Shown: positions 50,441 through 64,000, counted from the first letter of the stretch. The stretch: DNA of 64,000 bases from Polymyxa betae A26-41 (GCA_003693705.1 RBZT01000646.1:1-64000), one strand, 5' to 3'. Notes: generated by a model from the sequence alone, not told the origin. Made by a program: numbers and translations.

Positions 50441-51479
50441 TTATTTATCTAAGAGATGGGAGAAAGTGGGACAGGCGCGAGCGACAGGGATGCGTTCTTC
50501 ATGAGGAATATCTGCAAATTCCCATTCACCATCGACATTACAACGCCGGGTTCGGCGCCAGACTGTCAGTGAATCCGAGCTGGTCGGGAACGACGGCAAT
50601 GGGACCGAGAGTAGGAGATGAAATTTTGAGGCGAGTTCTAACTGTGCTTCAATGCCTATGGACTTCCCGCCTGGGTTCGATAACACTGTCTGTCCAAACC
50701 ACTCTCCAACCAATATTACCTAAATGTCGATTCAATTTGCAATCCAGATGGATCTGAAGTCTCACAGTGTCACCGCAATATTTTTCTAGACATTCAGCAG
50801 CAAGAGAAAAATCTTCGCTTTCTTCAAAGTCATCAGGATAGCATAAGAACAGAGCTCGGTTTGAATGCTTTGAAAGGTGCTCGCTTCCTAAAGCAGAAAA
50901 TTAGTTGTACAGGTATTACAGAGAGGAAAAGAGGCATCCCTCCTTGAACAATTCGAGTCCAGGCGTCTACAGGTTTTGGCAAGTGCTTATCGTAAGCAAT
51001 GATATCCACGCCCATTTCTCGCAGAAGCCGACACCAATATCCTGACCACGATATCGTTTAGAATATGCTGGAAATATATTCCTGAATGGAGGAATACCTT
51101 TTCCACAACCAATTTCAATTATAGGCGAAAATTCTTTGATAATATGGAGTGCACGAGAATCTGGAATAGCCCAAGCAAATCGATCGAGGGCATCCAATGG
51201 TAAGGAAGAAAACAGTTTTTCCCGTTCTTCATCAGATACATCTTCAGCGAATATTCGACGCTCAAGATTTTGTTGTTCTGACTTCCGCTTCCACTCTTGG
51301 AGTAAGTCCAGAAACGGATTTGGACTGCTCAGAGTTCTGAATTTACTATTGGAGACAGATTTCGCTCGCGCTTTTTTGGACTTTCTTTGTGTCGAAATCA
51401 ACGATTGCTGCTGTATTCTTCGTTTTTTCGCTCGAAGACCGTCCAGTTTAGAACGAAGAGTATTGGTAAGGTCATCCAT
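50441..51479 (-). CDS. Uncharacterised class I SAM-methyltransferase-like protein
   Basis: FAWAIPD..AL..I, IIEIGCGKGYW..LL...GVDIIAYD, RALFLCYP and VGEW motifs. Four exons; one splice donor is non-canonical (see findings). Confidence 0.65.
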
Positions 51480-51646
51480 TATGGATTGATCACAAGTCCG
51501 AGAGTTTTGCAAAAAATTGAAATGCGGGATTTATTGGAAATCCGATTTGCAGAACCCTGCACATATTATGATATCCTAAGTAATTACAATACAGTATTCT
51601 TGTTCGAGTCTAGTGGCAGTCTGTGGAACTATCAAAGTTAAAGGTC

Positions 51647-54519
51647 TTAACAAATAGACTGTACAGAAGGCCGGTGCTGCGATTTGTTACACGGAGATGG
51701 CCCAAGTGATTTTCTAGAAATCGATGACCTTGAAACATTGTTGACATGCCGCATCACCCAAGCATAAATTTCTTTTTCAGAAGGATGAATCGACATCTGA
51801 ACCGCAGGGCCTTCCGTAGAAGATCTCATGCTAAATTTGAAGTTGGATCCAAGACGCCCATGTCGAGACCCATGCCTCTTGTAAGTCGCCCGCTTAGGGA
51901 CGAATCGTGCGAAACCCCAAATTGTTGTCAGCATGATTCGCTGGATCCAGAGCAGAAGTGTAATCGGAAACCTGCCAAAAATGTAGTGTTCTTAATTGGG
52001 TACCACAATTCCTCAGGAAAATGATTACCAGATTGCGATAAAGAAGATGAAAAAAGAAACTTGTTCCCGGATGATCACAGAATCGCTAATTGGTTTTTTC
52101 AAGGAATTGCACACACTGCATAATTCTATTTCTTGCAGCGGCAGGGATTCCAGCAACGATGTATTACAGGCTAAAATAATCAACAACTATTCAAATTAAG
52201 TGAATGTTTCAGTCACCTTCCAGATGAAGCATCCACGACGTAAGCACATCCAAAATCTGAAACCGATTCCTTCGAGGGTTTTGTGAATAGCAATATGCAC
52301 AGACCCAGCCATCTGCAGAAGAAACCATCATCCTTTTGATTGCGCTCCAAGCTAAGATGGGCAATGCTAGTATGGATATAAGCAAGTTTGCAGGTGCAGG
52401 TAGTACACAATTTTCTGAATGCTAAAATCAATATCGTAAAAAACATGACGGAATCGTCGGACCAGCATGTGTTTCGACAATTAAATGAGCGAATCCAAAC
52501 CCGTACTCAAGCTCTGAATGATCACGAACCCTCCTATATGTGCTGTTCTAAAATGGAAATAAGAGTCTTCGAAGTTAGCGCTCATCCCTCAATACCAAAA
52601 TGGCTACGATCATGGTCTAAATAACAGTCAGCAGTTGGACACAAAGCAGCTTTAAAAGGGACTAGACTTTTAGCAAAATCAAGGTGGATATGAGAAGAAA
52701 CAAACCCAGTAAGGTTTTGGCCACGACCCGCTTCCCAGAAGTTAAGTCTGTAAAGTCGCTGAATGAATACTGGGACAATGCAGCTTGATACAGCGTGAAC
52801 CAGGCTCCAAATACAGTTCGATAGGATTCCACAGTATCACCGACTGCACAAATCTATTGAATGCAAAGAAACATTACTTGTCTTGATACTGACCAACATA
52901 AGTTAGGGCAATTCCAAATCCCATACAGAAAACGGCAAGGAAGAGACTGCAATGAGCAATATATGCAGTCAGCAGCGGCAACGTTCGATTTAAGACGCCA
53001 ACAGTTGGTAGCACCGTAAACTGGCGCGTCAGCTTCAACCAAAGCAAGATTATGAAGAGAGATTCGCTGCCCCAGAGCACAACTTGAGTGCCTTTCAGGT
53101 TAGTCTTATCGAATGTTCCGCTAGATCCCAAGAGTCGCACAAATGCTTTGAGCAGCATTGCAGCCCATAGACATAAGCTCTGGAAAAATCATTAAGTTAA
53201 TGCTATGACAGTGGCAAACATGGCTTCATTACAACACAGCTCCATCCGGAACGGCGATACCGCTCGAATGTAATTCGATGGACCTCAGCTATTTCTACTG
53301 AAATGTACCCGATTCCAAGAATCCAAACCGCCATTTCGTGATTGGCAATTGCGTTTTGGATACCAACCCGTGCTAGTGCCGAGTAAGATGATAACATAAC
53401 ATATGCCCAAAGAAATATAATATGAAGCTGGAACTGGAACCAAGTTTTAGTATCTTTGCTAACACTTATCTCAAGCTTATTACCTTCACTCGGTTGGTTT
53501 CAAGAAACCTAAAGACCATATCAGGTTTTGCTATTTAGCCAACGTGCTGCATACTGTTTCGGATGTCGCTGTAGCAGAACGTCCAGTCGGTAATGAACAG
53601 GAACGTAGCCAGGGGCAGAGAAAGTCTGAATATTCACCATTAGTCCAAACAAATCATAAACAATCTGCTACAAGAATTTGAACAAAAAAACATTTGACAA
53701 TCCCCTAATTACGAGAACCAGGAACGCTTCGAAACTGGGAAACTAATACCGGTTGCTTTAAGTATCTCGGTACTGCCCAGATGTTGAACAGAATTCGGGA
53801 CACTAATGGATCGGCAATAAATTCCATATTGTTGGTCGCCAGAGCCAGTTCAAGAGCAGATCCCCCTAGAGCCGGATCCCTAACTTGTAAGGCCAATGCT
53901 GCTACATGCTCACTTCCGATATTCTTCAGCAACTCAGTTGACAGTTTCGTACAGAAGTTGGTCTCTGCTATCAGCAGCCCATATCTTCCCACCTGTTTGA
54001 ATAATCAAACAACAGTGAAGTTTAGAGGCAGAACAGTACATGTTTCTTTGCTAGTTTGTAACAGCATGATCCTAGCACGATGGCAGTTGCGATAGGAGCT
54101 TTGGAAGTCAGCACGATGTGATTCGTCAGCATCCGAAGTCGTTCTGGCGTGAAAGTTATATGCGAGGCGAAAATGTTATACGCTTTGATCTTCTCCAAAA
54201 CATCTAGCGTGTTAACAATTTTCAACAGGATCTCGTACGTGGCGTCCGTCGGAGTCGTCATGAAGCAGACCCAGGCGAGATCGAGCAGATAGAACTGGGT
54301 CTCGACAATGGTGATAGGCGCATTGAAGTCCACTCCATGCTTAGAAAATTCCTCTATGTCACCGTTGACAATGGCTCGTAGCAAATCGACGTTTGCACCG
54401 TCGGCGCAATAGTCTTTTAAAAAGGGGGACCTTGGTGACAGCAGTGTGTCTTTAATCCATTCGTAAAGAGGCTGGTGTTTGGGCCGCGTCTTCAGTTGGT
54501 ATACGGATGAACGAGACAT
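51647..54519 (-). CDS. TRP-like cation channel, paralog A
   Basis: Pre-S1 LELALATNNMEFIADP, TM segments, pore LYQAALSQY, and S6 GFLLISTL. C-terminal WVCAYC..N and CSVC..KKP. Multi-exon. Confidence 0.7.
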
Positions 54520-54608
54520 TGGGTCATGACGGGCCCTGGGCCAGGGGCGGTCTCCTGATCGGGATGGCGATGACAGGCAGGCAGTCACATTTTTAATTGG
54601 CTGTTCCC

Positions 54609-57600
54609 ATGAATGGGGCGGCTGGAGCCAAGGCCGCCGCCACGGCTGCAGCGACGGCATCGGTTACAAGAATGAAGGAGAGGCAACAGCGGGCCGTCCT
54701 GCAGAGCTCCGTCCATCAGCAGTTGCAGGCGATGCTGTTGTCGTCGCCCCCGGAAGTGATGTTCGATATCAGTGCGGCAATGAAGGAATTACAGAGGCAA
54801 ATTCGTGATGGAATGCAGATCAAAGTTATCCGGCAGAAGATTTTTGACACGGATGAGCTACAATGGGCAAAACTGTTGCAATTATCGATTGCCACATCCG
54901 GTTTGAACGTAGGCCTGAGGCTAACTTGCAGCAGGATTCAATTGTTGCTAGATATTGACGTGGTGAAAAAGTTCTGTGAGGCCCGAGTAAACTTGAATAT
55001 AACCGATACTCTGCAAGGAATTCGCTTCACTTTTTTTCAGGTAACTTTCATTGTGTGACATCACGAGACATTTTTTGTCTGCTGCACAACTATTCATGTT
55101 TAGCAGTTTGCTTCTTTTTTACCTTGAGAGAGTCAATAGCTCTGTTGTTCTTGCACCTGCGGTTTAAGCTGTACTATCTTATGGCTTGGAACGTTCATTA
55201 GCTTGGCGTGCTTCTGATGAAATGACTATTTCTCACACCGATGCGCTGCAGTTGGCAGGCGCTGCTTTCGACAATCGCCCGAGTCCTGTCGCGCTTGCTG
55301 TCATGGGAGAAATCGCTGCTTTTAGCAACACTTCGCAAACGCTGGAGTCATTTCGGGTTTTTCTGAGATACACGGACGTGCAGCCGGACGATCTGCAACG
55401 ACTCGGAACTCGGATTGTTTCCGGATCGCTCTATCCGATTGTTGTATCGATTCAAGTAAGCGATCACATTCTTGTGCACCATTTCTTATTCAATGAAGCT
55501 GGCGGATGTTTTCTATCGAGCTGGAGCGAAGATCATTTCAAGACGTGAACAACTGGAGCAAGTGGGATCGTTTTTTACGGATCTGGCTCTACAGTTGTTG
55601 AACAGCCTTGGCTCGGATCATATTGCGGCTTTGGCCTTGGAAGCGCGCAACGAACAAGGTATCAGTGCAGTAGATGCCGCCTTGGCGACAAACAACATGA
55701 ACTTCATGGTAAATTCAATTCCATCGTTTCTATTTGAGCATAATTTGTTGCTTTGTAGACTGATCTACAAGTGTTTCGTATTGTTTCCAACATCTGGACC
55801 AGCTCCGATTATCTGGGCCAGACCGTAATGGTCGAGCCAGGCCAGAGAGGAAATCGACCGCCTTTACATCGACTTTTGGTCATGTATCCAATGCAGTTCT
55901 TTCGCCTAAATAAAGCCAAGGTAGCATCATATGGATTACTCGAGTCTGAGGCTGTCAAAATTTGCACTTTGTTTTCATGCAAATTCTGCCTTAACATAGA
56001 TCTCAGTTTATTCTTCGAACCGTCGGCTTCGTGTCCTTCTTGGTGTCTCTTTCCGCGACAATGTTAACTCGGCCGCAGACTGACGTATACACAATCTATG
56101 TGTTGACTTCTTACGCTGATCTCTGTCTTAGGAATCAATCACATGGCTTGAGGTGCAGACCTGGGTAGCAGGAATCGGCTTCATTATTAGCGAAATAAGC
56201 GAGATGTCGCGCCTTGGACTTCTCAAATACTCCAGTTCTGGCTGGAACCAGATAGACGTCACAGCTTGGAGTTGCTTGACAATTGCGGCAGTTTGGAGAA
56301 TAATCTGTTTCGCCACACTATCAGGCCCTGCCATATATCAGCAATCAGTATGGAAGGGATGGATCCGTTGCCAGTTTGGCATTGATAAGTGATTAGGTCT
56401 ACGATGGGCTCATGTCGTTCATTGTCGTCATTTTGTGGGTACGGCTGACTCGTGCCTTCGCCATTAATTCGTCACTGGGCATTTTGACTAGAATGCTGAA
56501 CCAGTTTGCAAGAGATATTTTCGTCTTCAGCTTATTGCTTTCTGTCATTATTGTCGGGTAATTGCATTGAAATTTGGTTTTCTTCATCATGTTAATTGCT
56601 CTGGGGAGTTGTTATTTCCTGTTGAAATGTTATCCAATTTCTTCCTTACCGATGAGCGATCAATTTCTGGCTCTGCAGTGTTGAGCGAAACGTTCAGGTT
56701 CGGCATCGCCTTATGTGCAGTGGTGGGGGATGAAATCGAAGGATATCATTCAGTAGGCGGGTCACTGTTCACATTGTACCAGTCTGCTTTGGGTCAGTTT
56801 GATTTCTCGCCATTCCAGACTTTGGATACCGGAAAACGATTTGTTGCCCAAACGCTTCTTGGCGTTTTTCTTCTGGTTTCGATCGGTATGTTAGAACGAA
56901 CTGACAGTGAAGTGCTTTGATAAAATTGATCATCAGTGGTGCTTGTCAACTTACTCGTTGCAATGATGGTCAGTAACTTCTCCCTCTCTTTTCGAAACTC
57001 ATCAATTTCGTTCAGGCGGATACTTACACGAAAGTTCAAGATCGAAGCCAAAAGGAGTTCCTCTGTGGGTGGTCAGAGCTGACCTGGGAGATTCATCAAG
57101 AAACTAATACTTTACCGCCTCCATTTAACCTGATTGTGTACGCTTTGGCTCTACCATACATCTTGCTACGAAGCTGTCAAGATTATGTAAGTAGAGCCTC
57201 CTTCATTATTTTCTTGGCTATTAGGGATGGCTTGTGGAAAGAGATAACTGATGTGTTGACGCATTCTGTTAGGCCAATGAGATTTCGAAAAAACCAGCTC
57301 CAAAAATGACATCGGTTCGTGGCAAACCATTACCTGCTATTATCGAACAGCGGCTGTCAATGTCGATGCCGGGAAGTATTGTCGCAATGGAGACTATTTC
57401 CCCTGAGTGGATCTGTGGATTTTGTTGGACCGTAAACGCTCTTCGATCCAGTTATGAAAACCGCATGATGACTGAAAATTGGATCTCCAAGATTGAAGGT
57501 TGTTGGATACGCGAGTCCTTATCATCAAGCATCATTCGTGCTTCCAGGCTCGGTACCAGACTCTTTGCAGTTTATACCAGAAGGGAGTGTTAGCCTTTGC

Positions 57601-57970
57601 GTTCAGTGTAAATCTCTGAAGCGTCCAATTTCCAGAAGACAAAAGCGTATTGAAAAGGTTAGACGATTGGTTGCTTGCCATTCTCCCTGTTTGAGGATGA
57701 AAAATTAGATCTCATTCAGCATATTTATGACTGTAATTTGGTTCCCTGCTTCTCTTGTCCTTGTTGGACCACATTTGGTTGAATATTTTCTGAGAACCTC
57801 CTTCACCTCAATGAAGCGGGTTGCACTTCGGCTTAATGCAATCAGACGCAAGGATGAAGTACGTTTCACATTGACTAATCTAAAAATTAAGTCCTGTCTT
57901 TGTAGGTAAGAAAAACAGGGTTTGTCGATGAACTTCCTCCAGATCGGATAAGATCGACCGAAATAAATGA
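54609..57970 (+). CDS. TRP-like cation channel, paralog B
   Basis: SSGWNQID (S3), pore LYQSALGQFDF, S6 VVLVNLLVAMMADTY, TRP-box region LPPPFNLI, and C-terminal WICGFC..N and CVQC..KRP. Confidence 0.8.
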
Positions 57971-58864
57971 GCACACAAAAAGATGGGTTTGCTCAGCAAT
58001 CCAGTCACTCGCTTCAAACGTGCTGGAGTCATAACAAATAGATATTAATCAGGCAACTTGAATTAAAGATGGAAAGTGGCAATCGGCTCTAATAATCGGC
58101 TCTAGGGAATAAGCTATAAATATACAGTTTCTGAATATATTAGACAGTTCCATCCGAAGTGCTTGTTGAATAGTGTGTTAAATATCATTGCCTGAGCAAA
58201 TGTGAAATCTGCCTAAAAAAATTGATTCAGCACTGCAGCATTGAGACCTTTAACGCTGGCATGGAGTTTCCATAGATCCTTTGAAGTTCTGTAGCTTCAG
58301 CGTCGCATGGGAATCTTGTCAAATATGCACGAGAGCGATAGCTCGCCATGTTGTTGATATAACGCTGAGATTTCAGATTCTTTTAGTTTCTAGCTTATCG
58401 AGCCTGGGCGACGTCAAAGGCGAATTTGTGCAGGACCGTTTCTCCCATAGGTCGCACTTGCCCCGATACAATTCGCGTCAAATATGCATGATGCATCGTC
58501 TTTGGGCTGGTCAAGAATCAGACCCACAAAGACCATATGAGAACATGGTCCCCATCCAGTTTCGCTAGTTACCATATTTGTACTGCAAAACTTTTGTATT
58601 TTACTGCCCAATATATGTTGTAAACACTGCTCCATAGATTTGGTTAACTCAACGATTGACGATTGTGGTTGCTTGTTCATTCAGCACGCGCGTGCAAATT
58701 GAAATTCGAAGAGATTGATTTCATCGCTTTGGTCATCTCTTCATTTAAAAATCAATAACAGATGCTGAAGTTTTCCTTGCTCATGGTGCCTCTTGCTTTC
58801 AAAATGAAAGCATTTAAAGGCCAAAACGTCTGATGGAAACACCATGTAACGATTGCAGAAAGGT

Positions 58865-61800
58865 TTATTGAGATCGTTTGGAACCAGATTGGCCAGTGAT
58901 CGTTAAAATTGTACGAAACAGGGAATCAGGGGTCAGGCTGATGGAATCGATTCCTAGTTCAATCAAAGACTTGGCAATTTCAGGGTAATCCGAAGGTGCC
59001 TGGCCACATATACCCGAATGGGCATGATTGCGCTTTGCACCTTCTACTGCCATCTTGAGCATTCTCTGGACAGCAGGATTTCGCTCATCGAACAAGTCGG
59101 CAACCAGTCCAGAATCTCGATCGCATCCCAAAGTCAATTGAGTCTATCATAAGTTTCAAATTGAATCTGTTCAAGAGAATCGAAGACAGACGAGGTCATT
59201 TGAGCCAATAGAGATCCCGTCAAATGATTTCAGAAATTCGTCGATCTGGATGACATTGGATGGGATTTCGCACATCATATATATTTTCAGGCCGTTCTGC
59301 CCTCTCGCAAGCCCATGCTTCGCCATCACTTGAATTACCTAACGTTCATTTTCATCAAGATGAAAGACCAAGTGTTGAATTTTACAAACTTTTTCGGCTT
59401 CTTCTGTAGTTCGGACGAAAGGAACCATAATGATGACATTAGTCAAACCCATGCTGTTTCGAACACGATTTAACGATTTACATTCTAAAGTGAAACCTAA
59501 CATGCAAATTACAAAGATTTTGGGAGTAATCATAGTTAGATCCGACCTTCGACATAGTTTGGATGGGTGTAGCGTGAAGCTCCTCTGAATCCAAGCATCG
59601 GGTTCTCTTCTTTCGGTTCAAACGAATCTCCACCAATTAGCTTGGCATATCTAAAACATTATCAGATAGGAGTTGAACGAATCAGTGTGTTGACTCGTTT
59701 GTTTTGTAATCTGACAGTCGCACCACAACCGGTCGTGGATAAAACGCAGCTGCGATTGTACCAATTCCTTCTGACAGTTGTCGGACCATATAATCAGACC
59801 CAGATGTATAGTTCTGAATAATGTTTTTGATCGTGCTCAGATCCTTTGGATTGCTAACACGCTCAGGATGAATGAGAGCCATTGGATGAATCTATTCAAC
59901 GTTAAACGAACCTAAACAAGAGAAAAAAAACACCTTGATGTATTCGCTGATGATGAATTCCATCCGAGCTAGCCCAACTCCATCACAGGGAAGAAACGAT
60001 AAGCCAAATGCCAAATCGGGATTGCCAAAATTGATCATCATCTTGGTGCTGGGCCTTGTAATCGCGGCCAGGTCAACCGTTTCGACGGTGAATGGAACTT
60101 TCCCATCAAACACATAGCCTATATGAAATTAAACAAAGCACAATGGAACGCACATAACAGATGGGATCGACATACCGATCTCTCCTTGACAGCAAGAGAC
60201 CGTAACTATAGAGCCTTCTTTGCAATTTGATAGTGCATTGTCTGTGCCAACTATAGCTGGGATTCCAAGTTCTCTAGCGACAATCGCGGCATGGCAGGTC
60301 CTGCCGCCGCGATTCGTCACGATTCCAACAGCCATCTTCATCACTGGTTCCCAATCAGGCGTCTACAAGCTCATGTGAAGGAAGGTTTCATAGCTGGCAT
60401 TTCTTAACTGTTGTATCTGCGATCAGAATGTCTCCTAAACAACTAGTAAGGGTTTGTTGAGTAATCCAGAATCCTGCCAACCTGCTCTGAATTGACCTAG
60501 ATCGACGGCATTGTGGATTAGACGAGCAATGCCCGTTGAAACCTTCGTCCCTACTGCTCGGCCAATGGCCAATACATTTTGTTTTGGAGGTCCTTATATC
60601 AGCGTAACTGCTACGTTAATCGATGGAAGATATCACTACCTTCAATGGTATACTGCTCATACGTGTTGAGTTTCTTCTGAGAAACGACAGTTTCTGGACG
60701 AGCTTGGACGATGTAAAGGCTGTGGTCGACCCCGTCTTCAAAATTTGAGAAATACGTTGCAGCATTTCAGGTCCATCAATCATCTCTTACCCAAAGCCCA
60801 TTCGATATCCATTGGGCAAAATGACCCGCCTCTGGAGTAATGGTCTTCGATTTTGATAGCACAGTCAGCAAGCTCCAAAACCTGATAAATTTCATTCAGA
60901 ATCATTTTTTGGTAGGACTGTAGCGTCAACCTGAGCATCATTTAAGCAGAATAACTTTCGCTTAGCAGCCGGAGTCGGGAAATTTTTGGTGGGCTCTCTG
61001 CCGGTGCTGAACACCATGGTCATTTGTTTTCGCCCAGCGCTCCTTCGCAAGACGCAACGGAATCCCTTCTTGAACGTCGGTTTATGAACGTAATATTCAT
61101 CGGGATCGACGGTTCCTTGAACGACCTGAAGCCTTAAGTGCAGTGACAAAATCCTAAAAACATTACATTTTCGCCGAGGCCAAATGCCCCGGTGATGAAA
61201 ACGGCATCCTTGTATCCAGTCTCGGTGTCAATTGAGAACATCACACCAGAGCAGGCGAGATCTGATCGGACCATTTTCATGATGCCGATCGAAAGAAACA
61301 CCTAGTGGAGCACGATCAACAACCGGGAATCCAAGATTTGCATCCCAGCAGAACTTTGAAATGGTCGAATCCTTGGTCGATTCGATACGATATCGCACGA
61401 TCCGTAAACAAGGAAGCCATACAGCTAGCAAAGCAAGATTATTCGATATTTGTTTGTTCCAAAACGAGTAACCGTTTGATGGCGTCAAGCAGCTGGGTTT
61501 CACCTTCTATGTTCAGATATGTGTCGTGCTGCCCACTTTACAGAACGTCAAAGAACAAGCAATCAAATCCGACAATGTTTACGCGAACGACGCTGTGGGG
61601 AGATCTTCAGCAGTAGCTGATGAGCGTACAGCAACCGAGATGCAATGATCATCTATAAATGTGAATCAGAAGAGGCGAATCAGTGATGAAAACAATTTCA
61701 CTTCGCCCTTCTGAGTACTCGTCGTTCAATTTACGATATGCCTCAATGATTTCTTGCGTATGATCTGGCGTAAGACCAGCCTTATAGACGGTATCTCGAC

Positions 61801-62179
61801 AAACTCGACCGGCGATCGCCAACCTCTTGACAAAATCAGGCGAAGACTTATCGAGTGGATCAAGAGTCTCATGCAGCAGGGCGAGATTCTTCTCCGTTAA
61901 TCCCGCTTTAAAAGCCGCTATCGTGACCGCAAACCTAGAGCCAGGTCACTAAATCCTCCAAGGTATCGCTCTGACAAACCCGTTTGGAATTCGAACTCCA
62001 ACCTTTCTTAGGTCCTTGTACATCTCACCTAACGAAGCGTTCTTTCCTCCTACTAAAGCTACATCCTTCATGGATAGGTCCTCGAAAAAGATAACCGCCG
62101 CTGCGGCAGAGAATCAGGAAGGAATTCATCAAACGTGTCGACACCTACGTTCTGCGCGTTCGGCTCTGGCTCTCGACAT
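58865..62179 (-). CDS. ppsA: Phosphoenolpyruvate synthase (pyruvate,water dikinase)
   Basis: [33 protein letters not shown] (phospho-His), [27 protein letters not shown] and GICGQAPSD motifs. More than a dozen short introns. Confidence 0.95.
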
Positions 62180-62942
62180 GGTTTCCGATCGTGAACTCAT
62201 TTCTCGTGCTGGAAAAAAATAGCGAATTTCAAGGTGCGGCTTATGAATGCCGATTTCGGTCATGCTAGATAATTCGCTGGCACCAGTCGGCCAGAAACTG
62301 AAGGCGGACTGTTCAATGACGCTCTCTCCTTGAGCGGCTCAAGTCTATACAGTCTTGGAATAACAGTTCATACAGATCAAAGTAAGAAGCGGATTGGCTC
62401 TCTTAGACTATGGCGCCGCCATGAGCCTATCATCAATGATAACCCACAATCTACTACAAATCCTGCATGAGTGTATAGGTCATAGCAACTATATCCTTCG
62501 TCATTTGCCAATATCTCATCTCTGTATCCTTCGTATCACGTATCTTGTGAAAGCGTTGGACCGTGTCAAAGGTCAACAGCATTGATAAAGCCAGAATGCA
62601 GGTGTAGAGTACAATTTGGCGCTTTTTAAGAAAATCACGGAGCCAGGAACTCTATTCCAAATAAGAAGACGGTCAATGGACGCATCCTTCTGATTGAATT
62701 ATCATCGATGAGTTATGGAGCAATCATGTTCATAGAAGTATTAATTGATAAGATATTATACATGGAATGGTCGTCTTAAGCTGATGATACCGAAAACCCA
62801 GCAAAATACATAGATCGGTTGGCAAAGATTGGCTGAGAGAATTTTCGATCCCACAACTCCAAATCAAAAACGATTTAAGTTGATTCTGCTCTCACGGTTT
62901 CAGAAGAGGCGCACTGCTCGGACCTTTGCAGCCCTAGACGCG

Positions 62943-63369
62943 ATGGATAACAGCAATTCGAGGAAAGGAGGCACGACGTTCGACAGAGACGGTAAGGGTT
63001 TGAGAGCCATTGTCGGCTATGTGCTAAGATCCTGTACGATAGGCGGGTTTCAACAGCATAATGCTGGTGATGATATGGAGTCGTTGTGGGTGAAGCTGGC
63101 CAAAGGCGGCGTCGCGACTGCCGGCGTGATACTAACCGGTGGCGTGGTGATTGCTGGCCTTGTATCTATGGCCCGAGGAAATGCTCGGCAGTCTGCGACT
63201 TCGATGGGTCTTCGAGTCGCCGCTCAAGGTATGGCAACCATGAAAACTCTTGACAGGAAATTTCTGATATGTTTTGACTATAGGAGCGACAATCGCAGGC
63301 TTATTGGGATACGCTTTGTACGAAACAAGCCGATCTGCAGAAGGAAAGAGTTCGGATTCGAATCATTGA
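62943..63369 (+). CDS. HIG1 domain mitochondrial membrane protein (Rcf1/HIGD-like)
   Basis: Spliced product AGVILTGGVVIAGLVSMARGNARQSATSMGLRVAAQG|ATIAGLL matches the HIG1 G..S...M..R..AQG motif. Three exons. Confidence 0.75.
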
Positions 63370-64000
63370 TGCATTGCTGGGTCTTATCCCTACCAAAATG
63401 TCAAAAGTATTTGGTCATCTTTCCATTGTCGTTGAGTGGCCATTATTGCTTAAAAATAGACAATTGATGGGTCTAACGTCTTCACGGATTCGAATTTTCA
63501 GCCTTAAAAAAGCAGAAAAATTTCACCGGTTTTGCCAACAATACGCCGCGAATCGGTTTCTGGAGAACAGACGCAAGATCTATTTTTTGGTTTCAACTAC
63601 ACTCCAGGAATCAACATATCTTGCTGAAGTCTTTCGATAACACATTCTGGTAGGTTTGAGATTATCCCACTACCGAATGATGGACTAGATTTCTAAATAG
63701 ATTAGATTTCTGATGCACTCAAGAAAGCCGGGACTGAATTCTTTGTTAAAAACCGCTCAATGATACCCAGAGAAACTGGTTTTCAGAATTTGAGTTATAC
63801 AGAAAAATATGTTATCTGAAGTAGAGATCCGTTCCAAGAGCACTCTGCCAACACGCTTCGATTTGCGAGAATCAATACAGCAACGATGGGATATTAACAG
63901 CAATTCAGCCAAATACATATGCAGACGACAGCTTTGAGCAATGGCAAAGAGCATTGTGTATTTGCTGAATTAGTATGAAAATTCAGAAACTTTTCGCATA

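Noticed and set aside
58150-58800. Possible small spliced minus-strand gene
   Set aside because: Could not build a stop-free model or identify a domain.
63430-64000. 3' part of a gene running off the window
   Set aside because: Only short ORFs and no identifiable motif.

Overview
Eukaryotic, gene-dense genomic DNA with many short (~45-60 nt) spliceosomal introns. Flagellar genes (WDR34, CCDC112), secreted cystatins, a chitin-deacetylase-like gene and compact architecture suggest a flagellated, host-associated protist such as a plasmodiophorid; this is an inference and was not checked. The window has three zones. (i) 1-6 kb is mobile-element debris: an AT-rich virus-like block with 21-bp-period repeat arrays, a chromoviral LTR end, a Uma2-like nuclease pseudogene and a Harbinger/NAM-associated Myb relic. 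(ii) ~9.6-28 kb mixes housekeeping genes with an accessory island: a triple SUEL lectin, three cystatin copies, three Cys-rich secreted peptide precursors, a MULE relic, and a ~1,740-aa FAAL-catalase/AOS-like-FAD isomerase-like-ACP-thioesterase megaenzyme, the best candidate for a new biosynthetic system. (iii) 28-64 kb is mostly core genes (LAMTOR3, REEP/HVA22, CCDC112, GMDS, ZnT, F-BAR-RhoGAP, SPRY protein, PEP synthase, HIG1) with several oddities: a 5'-nucleotidase-class C GPCR fusion, an intronless Tse2-like toxin gene and a head-to-head pair of TRP channels. Gene boundaries were spliced by eye and family calls rest on remembered motifs, not database searches.
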